From contig JAWBQF010000004.1 of assembly GCA_038845975.1 (NCBI GenBank), positions 25,366 through 49,365 of the forward strand: a stretch of DNA of 24,000 bases, given 5' to 3'. The first letter of the stretch is position 1. Each line of letters starts with the position of its first letter. A program made the position numbers and the translations under genes. Under the pieces are notes generated by a model that saw only the letters and a program-made list of their open reading frames with translations, was not told where the DNA came from and did not search any database. The DNA is from Candidatus Methanomethylicia archaeon. GTDB lineage: Archaea > Thermoproteota > Methanomethylicia > CALHIW01. Shown here one piece after another: positions 8,918-17,776 of this stretch.

Positions 8918-9212
8918 GGATCTAGCAACTTAGGAAGTTATATAGATTCTGTTGTTTATGTTAGTATTAGAAGTTTGGTTGGAGATCTTGGAGTATTCGA
9001 GAGGAATAAGGTTCCATTAGATGTCAAGGTTCTGGTATAGTATTCATATTAAATATTTAGTTTGAGGAGTTAGAGCATTATCTGTGGTTTAAGTCTAATA
9101 GTAAAATTATTGAGTTTATGTGGCTGTAGATGCTGGTAGGAATGAAATAATAGCTATGAAAGCCTATAAGAAATATCATGATATCAGAATTCTCAATGAG
9201 GTTTTAAGATAG
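8918..9212 (+). pseudogene. IS6-like element relic with a transposase fossil
   Basis: The TIR-like ggatctagcaacttag (8918-8933) has a near-twin at 13449-13465. An open frame at 9114-9209 reads VYVAVDAGRNEIIAMKAYKKYHDIRILNEVLR. Just upstream, ...LWFKSNSKIIEFMWL lies in another frame. Together they resemble the IS6 DDE-region pattern G..x..Y.W.A(V/I)D...(R/K)E(I/V)L, broken by a frameshift. Confidence 0.4.
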
Positions 9213-9394
9213 TGTGATGGGAACAATATTCTTTATTGATATATATCATGACTTACCTTTAATGAACTTAAATTATTATAAACTATTATACGTTAAAAAC
9301 ATCTTTCGGTAATAGAAGTATAGTAGAATCAGTATATTCATCATTCAGCAGATAACAAGAGTAAAAGATTTAAGTACTTAAATATCTAATCTAT

Positions 9395-10609
9395 ATGGTT
9401 TTAGAGGATTTGTATTTACCGTTTCTAAATGGGAAGCATTTATTGATTAGATCTACTTTAAGGGATTTCGCCAGTAGAAGGCTTATAGCTACTGATGTTA
9501 TGAGGAGGGAGAGGGAGGGGGATATTAATGGTACTGTTGAGGTTTTTAGGGAGCTAGCTAAGCTAGGCTATACTGGTATTAGGATTCCTGAGGATTATGG
9601 CGGTATGGGGGAGGATATATATTCATGGATAATATTAATGGAGGAGCTTGGATATTTTGATCCTAATATTGCAGGTATGATGCTTATACATACGGGCGCT
9701 GCTTCACAATGTATTGTCCACTTCGCTTCTGAGGATCTTAAGAGAAAGTATCTTCCACTAATAGCTAGAGGGGAAAGAATCTTAGCGTTCGCTATGACTG
9801 AGGATGAAATTCCTGGAAGCTGGTCCTCATACATGAAGACTAAAGCTGAGATTAAAGGAGATAAATATCTCCTTAACGGTAGGAAAACCTTTATTACAAA
9901 TGCTGGTGTTGCTGATATATTCATAGTATTCGCTAGATTAGACCCTATGGAGAAGGGGGCTAGAGGTATAGGTATGTTTATAGTTGAGAAGAATTTTCCA
10001 GGATTCCATTTTGATGGTGAAATACCTGGATTAGGAACTAGAGCATTATCATGGGGTACAATAACTCTAGAAGACTGCGAGGTTCCGAGAGAAAACCTAA
10101 TTGTAGGTCCACCTAAAGCATTCTCACTAGCCATGGATATGTTTAATACTGAAAGAATAGGGAATCCATCAATATGTAACGGTATTGCTCAAAGAGCATT
10201 TGATGAAGCTTTAGAATTCTTAATACAGAGAAGAGATCCTAGAACAAGTAAATCCTTCCTAGAAAGCTATCAAGGCCTACAGTTTAAAATAGCTGAAATG
10301 GCCTCTCTAATTAGATCGTCAAGACTTAACGTATGGTATTGTGCATATCTAATTCAAAACGAGAAACCATATGTAAAGGAAGTTCAGCTAGCTAAACTAT
10401 TTGCAAACGAAATGGTTAGAAGAGTATGTATAGATTCAATGCAGCTTCAAGGTGGATACGGATACTCAGCAGAACTACTTACCGAAAAGCTAGTAAGAGG
10501 AGGAATGTTCGGAGGTATTGGTGGAGGAACATTAGAAATCCTAAAGCTAAGATACATATCTGAATTAATGAAGGAGAAGGGACTTAAACATCATGAAACC
10601 TCTAAATAA
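9395..10609 (+). CDS. Acyl-CoA dehydrogenase (FAD-dependent)
   Basis: The ORF is 404 aa. ACAD motifs include FAMTEDEIPGSWSS, KTFITNAGVADIFIVFAR and QLQGGYGY. The canonical YEGT catalytic Glu is replaced (IGGGTLEI), and a Glu sits at FNTERIG (E253). Confidence 0.9.
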   Translation: MVLEDLYLPFLNGKHLLIRSTLRDFASRRLIATDVMRREREGDINGTVEVFRELAKLGYTGIRIPEDYGGMGEDIYSWIILMEELGYFDPNIAGMMLIHTGAASQCIVHFASEDLKRKYLPLIARGERILAFAMTEDEIPGSWSSYMKTKAEIKGDKYLLNGRKTFITNAGVADIFIVFARLDPMEKGARGIGMFIVEKNFPGFHFDGEIPGLGTRALSWGTITLEDCEVPRENLIVGPPKAFSLAMDMFNTERIGNPSICNGIAQRAFDEALEFLIQRRDPRTSKSFLESYQGLQFKIAEMASLIRSSRLNVWYCAYLIQNEKPYVKEVQLAKLFANEMVRRVCIDSMQLQGGYGYSAELLTEKLVRGGMFGGIGGGTLEILKLRYISELMKEKGLKHHETSK

Positions 10610-11780
10610 CATAACCGTACTAGAGTGTGGTACAGGTTTAACAGCTCCATATACATCATCCCTACTTGGAGATCTAGGAGCTAATGTAATAAAAATAGAA
10701 GGACCTGAAAAAGATGCTTCAAGATCCTGGCCACCAGTAAAAGAAGGATTTAGTTACTACTATGCAGCTATAAATAGGAATAAGAGAAATATCACTATAA
10801 ATCTTAAAATAGATAAGGGAAAGGAGGTTTTTTATAAGTTAGCTGAAAGAGCAGATATAATCATAGAGAACTTTACTCCAGGAACTGTTAATAAGTTGGG
10901 AATAGGATATAATGATATTAAGAAAATAAATCCTAAAGTAATCTATTGTCACATTTCAGGTTTTGGATGGGATAGTCCATACAGGAATAGAGCTGCCTTC
11001 GACTATATAATGCAGGGTGAAACAGGATGGATGAGCTTTACTGGAACTTCCGAAACTCCATGTAGAATAGGAATACCAATAACAGACTTCATAACATCCA
11101 TATACACTCTATCAGCTATACTTTCAGCATTAATATACAGGGATAAATATGGTGAGGGAATGGAGATAGATATGTCAATGTGGGATTGTCAATTAACCTC
11201 ATTCTTCGCTTTAGCATCCATATACTGGGTGGAAAATAGAGTTCCCGAAAGAATGGGGATGAAATATATTTTTGGTCCAGTATACCAGCCCTATAAAGCT
11301 AGGGATGGTAGATGGATAATACTGGGAATAGCAACAACACCACACTGGAGGAAATTCTGTGAAAAGTATGGATTAATAGATCTTCTAGAAAAGTATCCTA
11401 CAATAATAGATGTTCAGATGAGAAAGGATAAATACAGTGAAATAGAAGTGAAAATAGGGAGGGTGATTGCTGAGAGAAATTCAGATGAATGGATTAAACT
11501 ATTAACAGAGGATGGAATACCTTCAGGTACTATAAATAGTGTAGCTGAAGTACTAAATCATCCACAGACGTTAAGTAGAGAAATAATAGCTAAAACCATA
11601 CATAAAAAACTAGGTGAAATAAAAGTAATAAAATCCCCATTTAAAACATCAAAGTTTAACGTAGAGATAAAAATCCCTCCATCCCTACCTGGAGAACATA
11701 CAGATGAGGTAATGAGAGAGCTAGGCTACTCAGAAAAACAGATAGAAGAACTTAAAAACATAGGAGCAATAGGAATCTAA
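10593..11780 (+). CDS. Family III CoA-transferase (CaiB/BaiF/Frc-type)
   Basis: The ORF is 395 aa. ITVLECGTGLTAPYTSSLLGDLGANVIKIEGP is the typical N-terminus, and the catalytic-Asp context is GIPITDFITS. It overlaps the upstream ACAD by 17 nt. Confidence 0.9.
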   Translation: MKPLNNITVLECGTGLTAPYTSSLLGDLGANVIKIEGPEKDASRSWPPVKEGFSYYYAAINRNKRNITINLKIDKGKEVFYKLAERADIIIENFTPGTVNKLGIGYNDIKKINPKVIYCHISGFGWDSPYRNRAAFDYIMQGETGWMSFTGTSETPCRIGIPITDFITSIYTLSAILSALIYRDKYGEGMEIDMSMWDCQLTSFFALASIYWVENRVPERMGMKYIFGPVYQPYKARDGRWIILGIATTPHWRKFCEKYGLIDLLEKYPTIIDVQMRKDKYSEIEVKIGRVIAERNSDEWIKLLTEDGIPSGTINSVAEVLNHPQTLSREIIAKTIHKKLGEIKVIKSPFKTSKFNVEIKIPPSLPGEHTDEVMRELGYSEKQIEELKNIGAIGI

Positions 11781-12084
11781 GTCAATGAATATATAAGATT
11801 ACGCCCATTATTTCTCTCACTTTGAGTCACTGAAAGTTTAGGTAAATTTAACTCTTAACATTTCGAATATGTTCATGTATATATGAAGTATTTATCTATT
11901 TAATATTGTGCTATTACTATACTTTACTATGGAGCTTAGATATGAAATAGTAATTAATAACTTAAGTTCATGGAGATGATTGCTAGCTAGGAAATCTTAA
12001 TCTACAATTAACAATCAATTCTATACTTCAAATTGAAACCTAATTGAAATTTAGAGATGATATACATACTAATTTTATAAAGAT

Positions 12085-13017
12085 TTATTCAATGATTAAG
12101 CTTAAAACTTCTCTAGCTATTCTTATCCTATCTTCAAGGTTTTTCATTAGAGTATTTGTTGCATATACTGTAATACCTAGCTTCTCTATTTTATCTTTTA
12201 GATTTATATCTACTTTATCTATTACAAATACGTCAAGGAAATCTCTATATAGCTCCGCAACGCTATAAGCTGATGGTTCAAGTCCAAGTCCTTTAAGCAT
12301 TTTATCAGCAGGTCCCTTAACAGCAGTTCCACTTATTATCGGGCTTACTCCAATGATTTTAGCTTTTGTCTCTCTTAAGGCCTTCCTAACTCCTTTAATA
12401 GATACTATTGTACCAATACTTACAATAGGATTGCTTGGACATATTATAACTCCATCAGCATTCATTATGGCCTCAATAACTCCATTAGCGGGCTCCGCCT
12501 TCTCTATTCCCCTATAGATTATATCTTTAACTTCATCTTGAAATCCCCTCTTAACAAAATAGTCTTGGAAGGACATGAATCCCTTATCTGTTAAAACCAT
12601 GGTTTCAATTCTATCATTAGTTGCAGGTATTACTTTTACTTTAACATTAAGTCTTCTTCTAATAATGTCTATAACCTCTTGAAGTTTTAGTCCTCTTCTC
12701 AGCAGCATGGTTCTAAAAATATGTGTTGCTAAGTCCTTATCACCAATTCTAAACCATGTTTCAAAACCATATCTTGAAAGCATTTCAAGACAGTTAAATG
12801 TATCCCCCCTAATGCCCCATCCCTTAACATCATCAGCAATACCGGCTAAAGTATATATAATAGTATCAATATCTGGTGAAATGTAAAGTCCATATATTTC
12901 AACATCATCTCCAACATTAACAATAACAGTAATACTGCTTGGATCGGTGATTCTTACAAGTCCATCTAGGAATCGAGCAGCCCCAACACCACCTGCTAAA
13001 GCAGTAATTTTACTCAT
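12085..13017 (-). CDS. cofD: 2-phospho-L-lactate transferase CofD (coenzyme F420 biosynthesis)
   Basis: The ORF is 310 aa. ALAGGVGAARFLDGL, NVGDD..IYGLYISPDIDTIIYTL, WFRIGDKDLATH and ICPSNPIVSIG match CofD. A TATA-like tttaaaag lies about 26 nt upstream (13039-13046, minus sense). Confidence 0.85.
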   Translation of the reverse strand: MSKITALAGGVGAARFLDGLVRITDPSSITVIVNVGDDVEIYGLYISPDIDTIIYTLAGIADDVKGWGIRGDTFNCLEMLSRYGFETWFRIGDKDLATHIFRTMLLRRGLKLQEVIDIIRRRLNVKVKVIPATNDRIETMVLTDKGFMSFQDYFVKRGFQDEVKDIIYRGIEKAEPANGVIEAIMNADGVIICPSNPIVSIGTIVSIKGVRKALRETKAKIIGVSPIISGTAVKGPADKMLKGLGLEPSAYSVAELYRDFLDVFVIDKVDINLKDKIEKLGITVYATNTLMKNLEDRIRIAREVLSLIIE

Positions 13018-13096
13018 ATTAAGTAAGTTATTCTACTGCTTTTAAAGTTGGCTGCTAAGCTTAGCATATTTTCTCATATAAGTTTACTTAAGCTTT

Positions 13097-13583
13097 TCTA
13101 AAAGCTGGCAGCTTTATAAATCTAAGCATGCTTAACTACTTCTATTTTGGTGTTGTTTACTATAAAAGTGATTTTAAAGCTTCATTTTATTCTTTTCTAA
13201 TAATCTTTGATTGCTAACTGTTTCTACGAATTCTTAGTTATATTTCATTAATTCATATTGTAGCATGAATCTATTGATCTTATAAGCATGAATACACCTC
13301 ACTCATCCTTCATGATGATGTATAGCTATCAAAGAGCTTAATTCTATTTTTAACTATTTTCTCTATAAGTAAAATTCCAAACCATATACTTAATTAGTAT
13401 TTTTAGGCTCTATGATAACTCATCAATATAGAGTTATCTAGATCCATAGGATCTAACAACTTAAGAAGGAAGTTATAATATGCTAAGCTGTCACATTTGA
13501 TCTATAAATAGCAATAATTTTAAGGAATGATGGAATCTAAATGTATTTGTAGTTCCATATTAAGCATTTCCAAGCAAGAACTC
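13097..13583 (+). repeat. Decayed copy of the IS6-like family, in the same orientation as 727-1425
   Basis: ggcagctttataaatctaagcatgcttaactacttctattttggtgttgtttac aligns with 727-780 (ggctttgttaacttaagcatgttttatcatctctattttggtttttgtttc). gaattcttag..., ...cataagcat.gatac... and ...aatagc..taatttt(c)taaggaatg also align further in. An internal TIR-like ggatctaacaacttaag lies at 13449-13465. Confidence 0.55.
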
Positions 13584-13641
13584 GCCTTGTGAACTTAAGC
13601 TATTAACTACATGTACTTTTCATATCTAAGTTCACAGAGCC
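13584..13641. repeat. 58-bp foldback mini-element made of two facing TIR variants of the IS6-like family
   Basis: gccttgtgaacttaagc (13584-13600) faces ctaagttcacagagcc (13626-13641). The core tgtgaactta is perfectly inverted, with a 25-bp spacer. Confidence 0.45.
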
Positions 13642-13773
13642 CAAGAACTTAAAGCAAAATACATAACCCACCATAGAAATCCATGCTAATAATATCGTAA
13701 TCTATAAATTCTAATCCTCCTAAAAATTTAAATAGCTTAAGATCTAAATTGTGATTATATGGACACATAACTT

Positions 13774-14811
13774 CTATTTAATCCATCCAGGTACTCCACA
13801 TAAATATAGAATTGTAAAGAGCGGTATTGCAAGTAGTTTTCTTGAAGTTGTTAGTTGGGAGATATCGTCTAGTGGTCCTGGATGAGGATATAGTGAAAAT
13901 AGAAGCATTATTATAGCCATTAGTGGATATCCTATAATATATGTTATCCATGCAATAATTATGGAGATTACTTGATGTTTTCTACCTCCAAACAATGCTC
14001 TTGCAACATGTCCTCCATCTAGTGAACCTGCCGGCATTAGGTTAAGCATAGTTATAATCATTCCAACCCATGATGCGAAGGCTACAGGATGCATTATTAG
14101 TATATGATCTTTAGGAATTCTTAACATAATACTTGTAATAAGCTCGAATAGTATTGGTGTTGGGTAAAATACAATTCTTTCCATTGGTGCTTCAGTTCTA
14201 GGTATAGGATATGATATTGATATTCCTATAAATGCAAACAATATTGAAATTATAAATCCTAGAATTGGTCCTGTAGCTCCAAGATCATAAAGTGCATCAC
14301 GATTAGGCGGTGTCTCCTTATTAACTATTACAGCCCCAAGTGTTCCTAGAAAGAATGGTACTGGTATAAAATATGGTAGTGATGTTTGTATATTCCATTT
14401 TCTTGCAGCTAGCTTATGTCCAAGCTCATGAAGCCCTATTATCATCATTATAGCTACTGAGAATGATGAAGCACCTATGAAAGGATTACTCATTAATCCT
14501 GTTTCGAAAAGAGGTATAGAGAGATTGTAACCTACGAAGGTTGTTGTTGCTATCGTTAAGATAAGTAAAATTATGTTTACATATGTTTTACTTGGCTTAA
14601 CTTTAGGTTTAGGTATTATAACAAGCCTAATTCTACCTTTAAAACTTCTAAGATAAGCTGTAAGTCCATACTGTTTTAAATGTTCATATACTTTAAGAAA
14701 TGAATTCTTAATATCTCCTAAAGGTTGAACGTAAAATGTAGCTGTATCCCCATGTACTTCAAATTCCTCAACAGTAAAATAGTTAGTAATAATTCCCCAT
14801 GTACTTTCCAC
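13774..14811 (-). CDS. Site-2 protease family zinc metalloprotease (peptidase M50), polytopic membrane protein
   Basis: The ORF is 345 aa with a GTG start. It has HELGH in a TM helix (IGLHELGHKLAARKW) and the NLMPAGSLDGGH (NxxPxxxLDG) motif. Confidence 0.85.
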   Translation of the reverse strand: MESTWGIITNYFTVEEFEVHGDTATFYVQPLGDIKNSFLKVYEHLKQYGLTAYLRSFKGRIRLVIIPKPKVKPSKTYVNIILLILTIATTTFVGYNLSIPLFETGLMSNPFIGASSFSVAIMMIIGLHELGHKLAARKWNIQTSLPYFIPVPFFLGTLGAVIVNKETPPNRDALYDLGATGPILGFIISILFAFIGISISYPIPRTEAPMERIVFYPTPILFELITSIMLRIPKDHILIMHPVAFASWVGMIITMLNLMPAGSLDGGHVARALFGGRKHQVISIIIAWITYIIGYPLMAIIMLLFSLYPHPGPLDDISQLTTSRKLLAIPLFTILYLCGVPGWIK

Positions 14812-14950
14812 TTTTATTCACTAATTAGTATTGTAGTAATTAAATAAAAATTTAACTCTGAAGCATAGTTTCATGACCTTAAATATAAAGACATACTTAA
14901 ATGAAATAGTTCTATGCTAAAAATTAATAGTATAGTTTATTAGGTGTATT

Positions 14951-15379
14951 ATGTATAGATCTGGACATATAATTACATCATTACTTGTATACATTACCAT
15001 AATTCAGTACTGTTACTTTAACCTGTTTGGTGATTATTTACTTCCAATATATTTAATTGTAAATGTTTTTGGAGCTTTAACTCCTGATATTGATATTTAT
15101 CTTAGAAGAATTGTTAAAGTTAATCATAGAAGTCTCTTAACCCATTCAGCTCTAATACCATTGGTTCTTAGTTTAATAGTAACTATTTATAGTAGCTATT
15201 TTCAACTATATCTCGCATTTAGTTTAGGTATATCTGCCCATTTGATTTCAGATATACCAAGCCGTAAAACCATTAATAGATTAAGTATTGGTTGGAGTAG
15301 GGTTTGGCTACTATTAAATAGTATAGTTTCCCTCCCAATATTCTCCTATAATTGGCTAAACATAATATTACCTAGATAA
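14951..15379 (+). CDS. Membrane-bound metal-dependent hydrolase, YdjM/DUF457-like
   Basis: The ORF is 142 aa with several TM segments. It has conserved His/Asp positions (GH near the N-terminus, TPDIDI, HRSLLTHS, AHLISD), as in DUF457. Confidence 0.55.
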   Translation: MYRSGHIITSLLVYITIIQYCYFNLFGDYLLPIYLIVNVFGALTPDIDIYLRRIVKVNHRSLLTHSALIPLVLSLIVTIYSSYFQLYLAFSLGISAHLISDIPSRKTINRLSIGWSRVWLLLNSIVSLPIFSYNWLNIILPR

Positions 15380-15541
15380 GTTTACTGTTTAATATTGTCT
15401 TCTAATATTAATTAACTATATGGTTGCTATGTAATTATTTCAGTTATTCTTGAGGAGTAGATAATTTTAAATCATCAATTTAACTATAGAATACATGTTC
15501 AGTTAATAAGATAATTTCAGTTGTAGAATTTATATTAGCTA

Positions 15542-15862
15542 CTATGGTATTGCTCCAAGATTTTTTAAAGCTGTTATAATCATTTTTCTTGGAGGATATC
15601 CATAGGGTTTTCCATTATAGAAGTATATTCTATATCCTAATCCAATACCTCCCTTATATTTTGGATCTATATCAACTCCATTAATTCTAATTGTTGGTGA
15701 GCCTGGAAAACTGTATTTTTCAGCTTTTCTTATTCCTCCTATAGTGATAGCTTTCAATTCAGCATCTATTTTGTACTCATTTATTATTTCAATTATTGTT
15801 TTTAATGCTTCTTTCCAATATGGGCAATCTTTAGTATGTAGCAGTTCAATTTTAATCTTCAA
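15542..15862 (-). CDS. Thioredoxin-fold protein (DUF2703 / Thioredoxin_3-like)
   Basis: The ORF is 106 aa with a TTG start. It has DCPYW in place of a CxxC motif, and FPGSPTIRINGVDI is typical of this small family. Confidence 0.55.
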   Translation of the reverse strand: MKIKIELLHTKDCPYWKEALKTIIEIINEYKIDAELKAITIGGIRKAEKYSFPGSPTIRINGVDIDPKYKGGIGLGYRIYFYNGKPYGYPPRKMIITALKNLGAIP

Positions 15863-15975
15863 TAACTATCCCTCCATAATCGTACTGTGTTTCTTAGTCT
15901 TACTACCTTAATAAATTTCTATTTCAAATTGCTCAATCTACTTATCCTATGTTCTATTTGATACTGAATAATATT

Positions 15976-16150
15976 GGCTTTTAAAAACTTGATTATGCTT
16001 ATTATTTTTCGGTTTTATTATTTATATATTGTATTCTGTATTAAGTTTTTGCTCTTTAATAAGTTCTGTGTGGCTACCATTGACGAGAACGGTGAACCGA
16101 TGTGGCTCCTATTATTAGCCACAAAATCTTATTGAATAGCGTAAGTTATT
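15976..16150 (+). repeat. IS6-like family left-end relic (copy upstream of map) with a well-conserved core
   Basis: ggcttttaaaaacttgat (15976-15993) resembles the left TIR. The following attatttttcggttttatta... parallels 745-790. The core at 16050-16105 is 48/56 identical to 17506-17560 by hand alignment. Confidence 0.5.
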
Positions 16151-16294
16151 ATTCAACTCCATAGCAAGCTAATTGCTTGAACAGAGTAAACACATCAATA
16201 TGCTAATGTATGAATTATTTAGCTTCTATGCTTAAACACTATGTTGCTATTAAATATGTAGAAAGGTTTTTGAGGGTTTAGGTTACTATGATCT

Positions 16295-17191
16295 ATGCTT
16301 GAAGATCTTGAAAGCTATATTAGAGCTGGCCGTATAGCTTCAGCTGTTAGGAGGAATATTAAGGATATTGTTAGAGAGGGGGGATCTATTCTTAAGTTAT
16401 GTGAGGATGTGGAGAACATTATTCGAGGTCTTGGTGGCGAACCTGCCTTCCCATGTAATGTAGGGGTAAACTATGTAGCTGCTCATTATACCTCCTCTAT
16501 AAATGATGAAAGCATTATACCTCCAAAATCTATTGTTAAGGTAGATTTTGGAGTACATGTCAATGGATGTATTGCGGATACTGCTATAACTATTAATTTT
16601 AATCCTGAACTTGATTTTCTAATTAAGGCTGTTGAAGAAGCTTTAGAGAAAGCTATTGAGTCTATTAAGCCTGGAGTAAAGTATTCGGATATTGGATCTA
16701 TTGTTGAGGATACTGTGAAGAGGTATGGATGTAAACCTATTAGGAATCTATGTGGTCATTCAATGAATAAATATCAGATACATGCCGGAGTAAGTATACC
16801 TAATATCCGATCCATTAATCTTGGAAGGTTTAAAGCTGACGGTGTATATGCTATTGAACCATTCACAACAGTTCAAAACGCAGATGGTGAAGTTATAGAT
16901 GGTCCCCCTGGAAACATTTATCGTCTCCTAAAGCTTAAACCACCTAAAAATGGTTTAGCTAGAAATCTATTTGAACTCATAAAATCTAAATATTACACTC
17001 TACCATTTACTCCAAGATGGTTTATAAAAGCATTTAATAATAAGGATCTTAATGAAGCTTTCAAATCCTTAATTAAGTCAAAACATGTACTATCATATCC
17101 AATACTTATAGAAAAATCGAAAATGCCTATAGCTCAGGCTGAACATACAGTTATAATATCTAATGGTAATGTAATTGTAACAACTGAATAG
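16295..17191 (+). CDS. map: Methionine aminopeptidase, type 2 (archaeal)
   Basis: The ORF is 298 aa. AGRIASAVR, AFPCNVGVNYVAAHYT, VDFGVHVNGCIADTA, GHSM..YQIHAG and AQAEHTV carry the metal-ligand pattern of M24A type-2 MAP. Confidence 0.95.
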   Translation: MLEDLESYIRAGRIASAVRRNIKDIVREGGSILKLCEDVENIIRGLGGEPAFPCNVGVNYVAAHYTSSINDESIIPPKSIVKVDFGVHVNGCIADTAITINFNPELDFLIKAVEEALEKAIESIKPGVKYSDIGSIVEDTVKRYGCKPIRNLCGHSMNKYQIHAGVSIPNIRSINLGRFKADGVYAIEPFTTVQNADGEVIDGPPGNIYRLLKLKPPKNGLARNLFELIKSKYYTLPFTPRWFIKAFNNKDLNEAFKSLIKSKHVLSYPILIEKSKMPIAQAEHTVIISNGNVIVTTE

Positions 17192-17413
17192 CTCTTTATG
17201 CTCTAAACCTACCTGGTAATAGGTATTATCAACTCTAAAAGTTTTCTTTAATGTTAACTCCATTAAACTGTAAATATATGTATAGCAAAATTCAAATAAT
17301 ACTCTACATCTTCTTTAGCGATTTTAGCATTATTAAATGTTGTAATTCAATGTAGAGTAATCCTATAAGTCGTAGACTTACTTCAGCACTATAATGTTTT
17401 AAATGTTTACTAA

Positions 17414-17600
17414 AGCTCTGTGGCTTAATATTCGCTTTCTCATGTTTTTCGTTAAATACTATGATTATAGAAATCTCTACTATAATTTCCCATATTTTAT
17501 ATAAATGCTCTTTAGTAATTTCTATGTGGCTACTATTGGCGAGAACGGTGAATTGATGGGAATCTAATGTCAGCTACAAAACCTTATTAAGAGTATATAA
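17414..17600 (+). repeat. IS6-like family left-end relic (copy downstream of map), a direct repeat of 15976-16150
   Basis: gctctgtggcttaat (17414-17428) resembles the gtg-type TIR variant. The core at 17506-17560 matches 16050-16105. Confidence 0.5.
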
Positions 17601-17776
17601 ATTTGATTTACAATTTCAAAATTAAGCTGTAATATCGTCCATTCTAATTCTCAACTATTAATGATTCTCTTTGCTGTTTTAATTTTTAAATGTAGATTAA
17701 GCTAAGTGGATGTTTAATTTTGATGATGTTTTGTTGTTAAGATTATTTATAAGTCTCCTCCTCAATTAAATTAGCT

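Noticed and set aside
16050-16135. The conserved core pair, considered as a box C/D or H/ACA guide sRNA.
   Set aside because: There is no RUGAUGA/CUGA box pair in either copy or on either strand. The ACA is buried in the putative terminal stem. No K-turn is evident, and minus-strand mini-ORFs are not conserved between copies (a stop after ..VAT in copy 2). Only the generic structured-RNA hypothesis is retained, as a finding.
17300-17359. A 10-bp inverted repeat, tactctacat ... atgtagagta, with a 40-nt spacer downstream of map, considered as a possible terminator or sRNA.
   Set aside because: It is AT-rich, has a long loop and no adjacent T-tract, and I found no second copy. It is within chance expectation for this composition.
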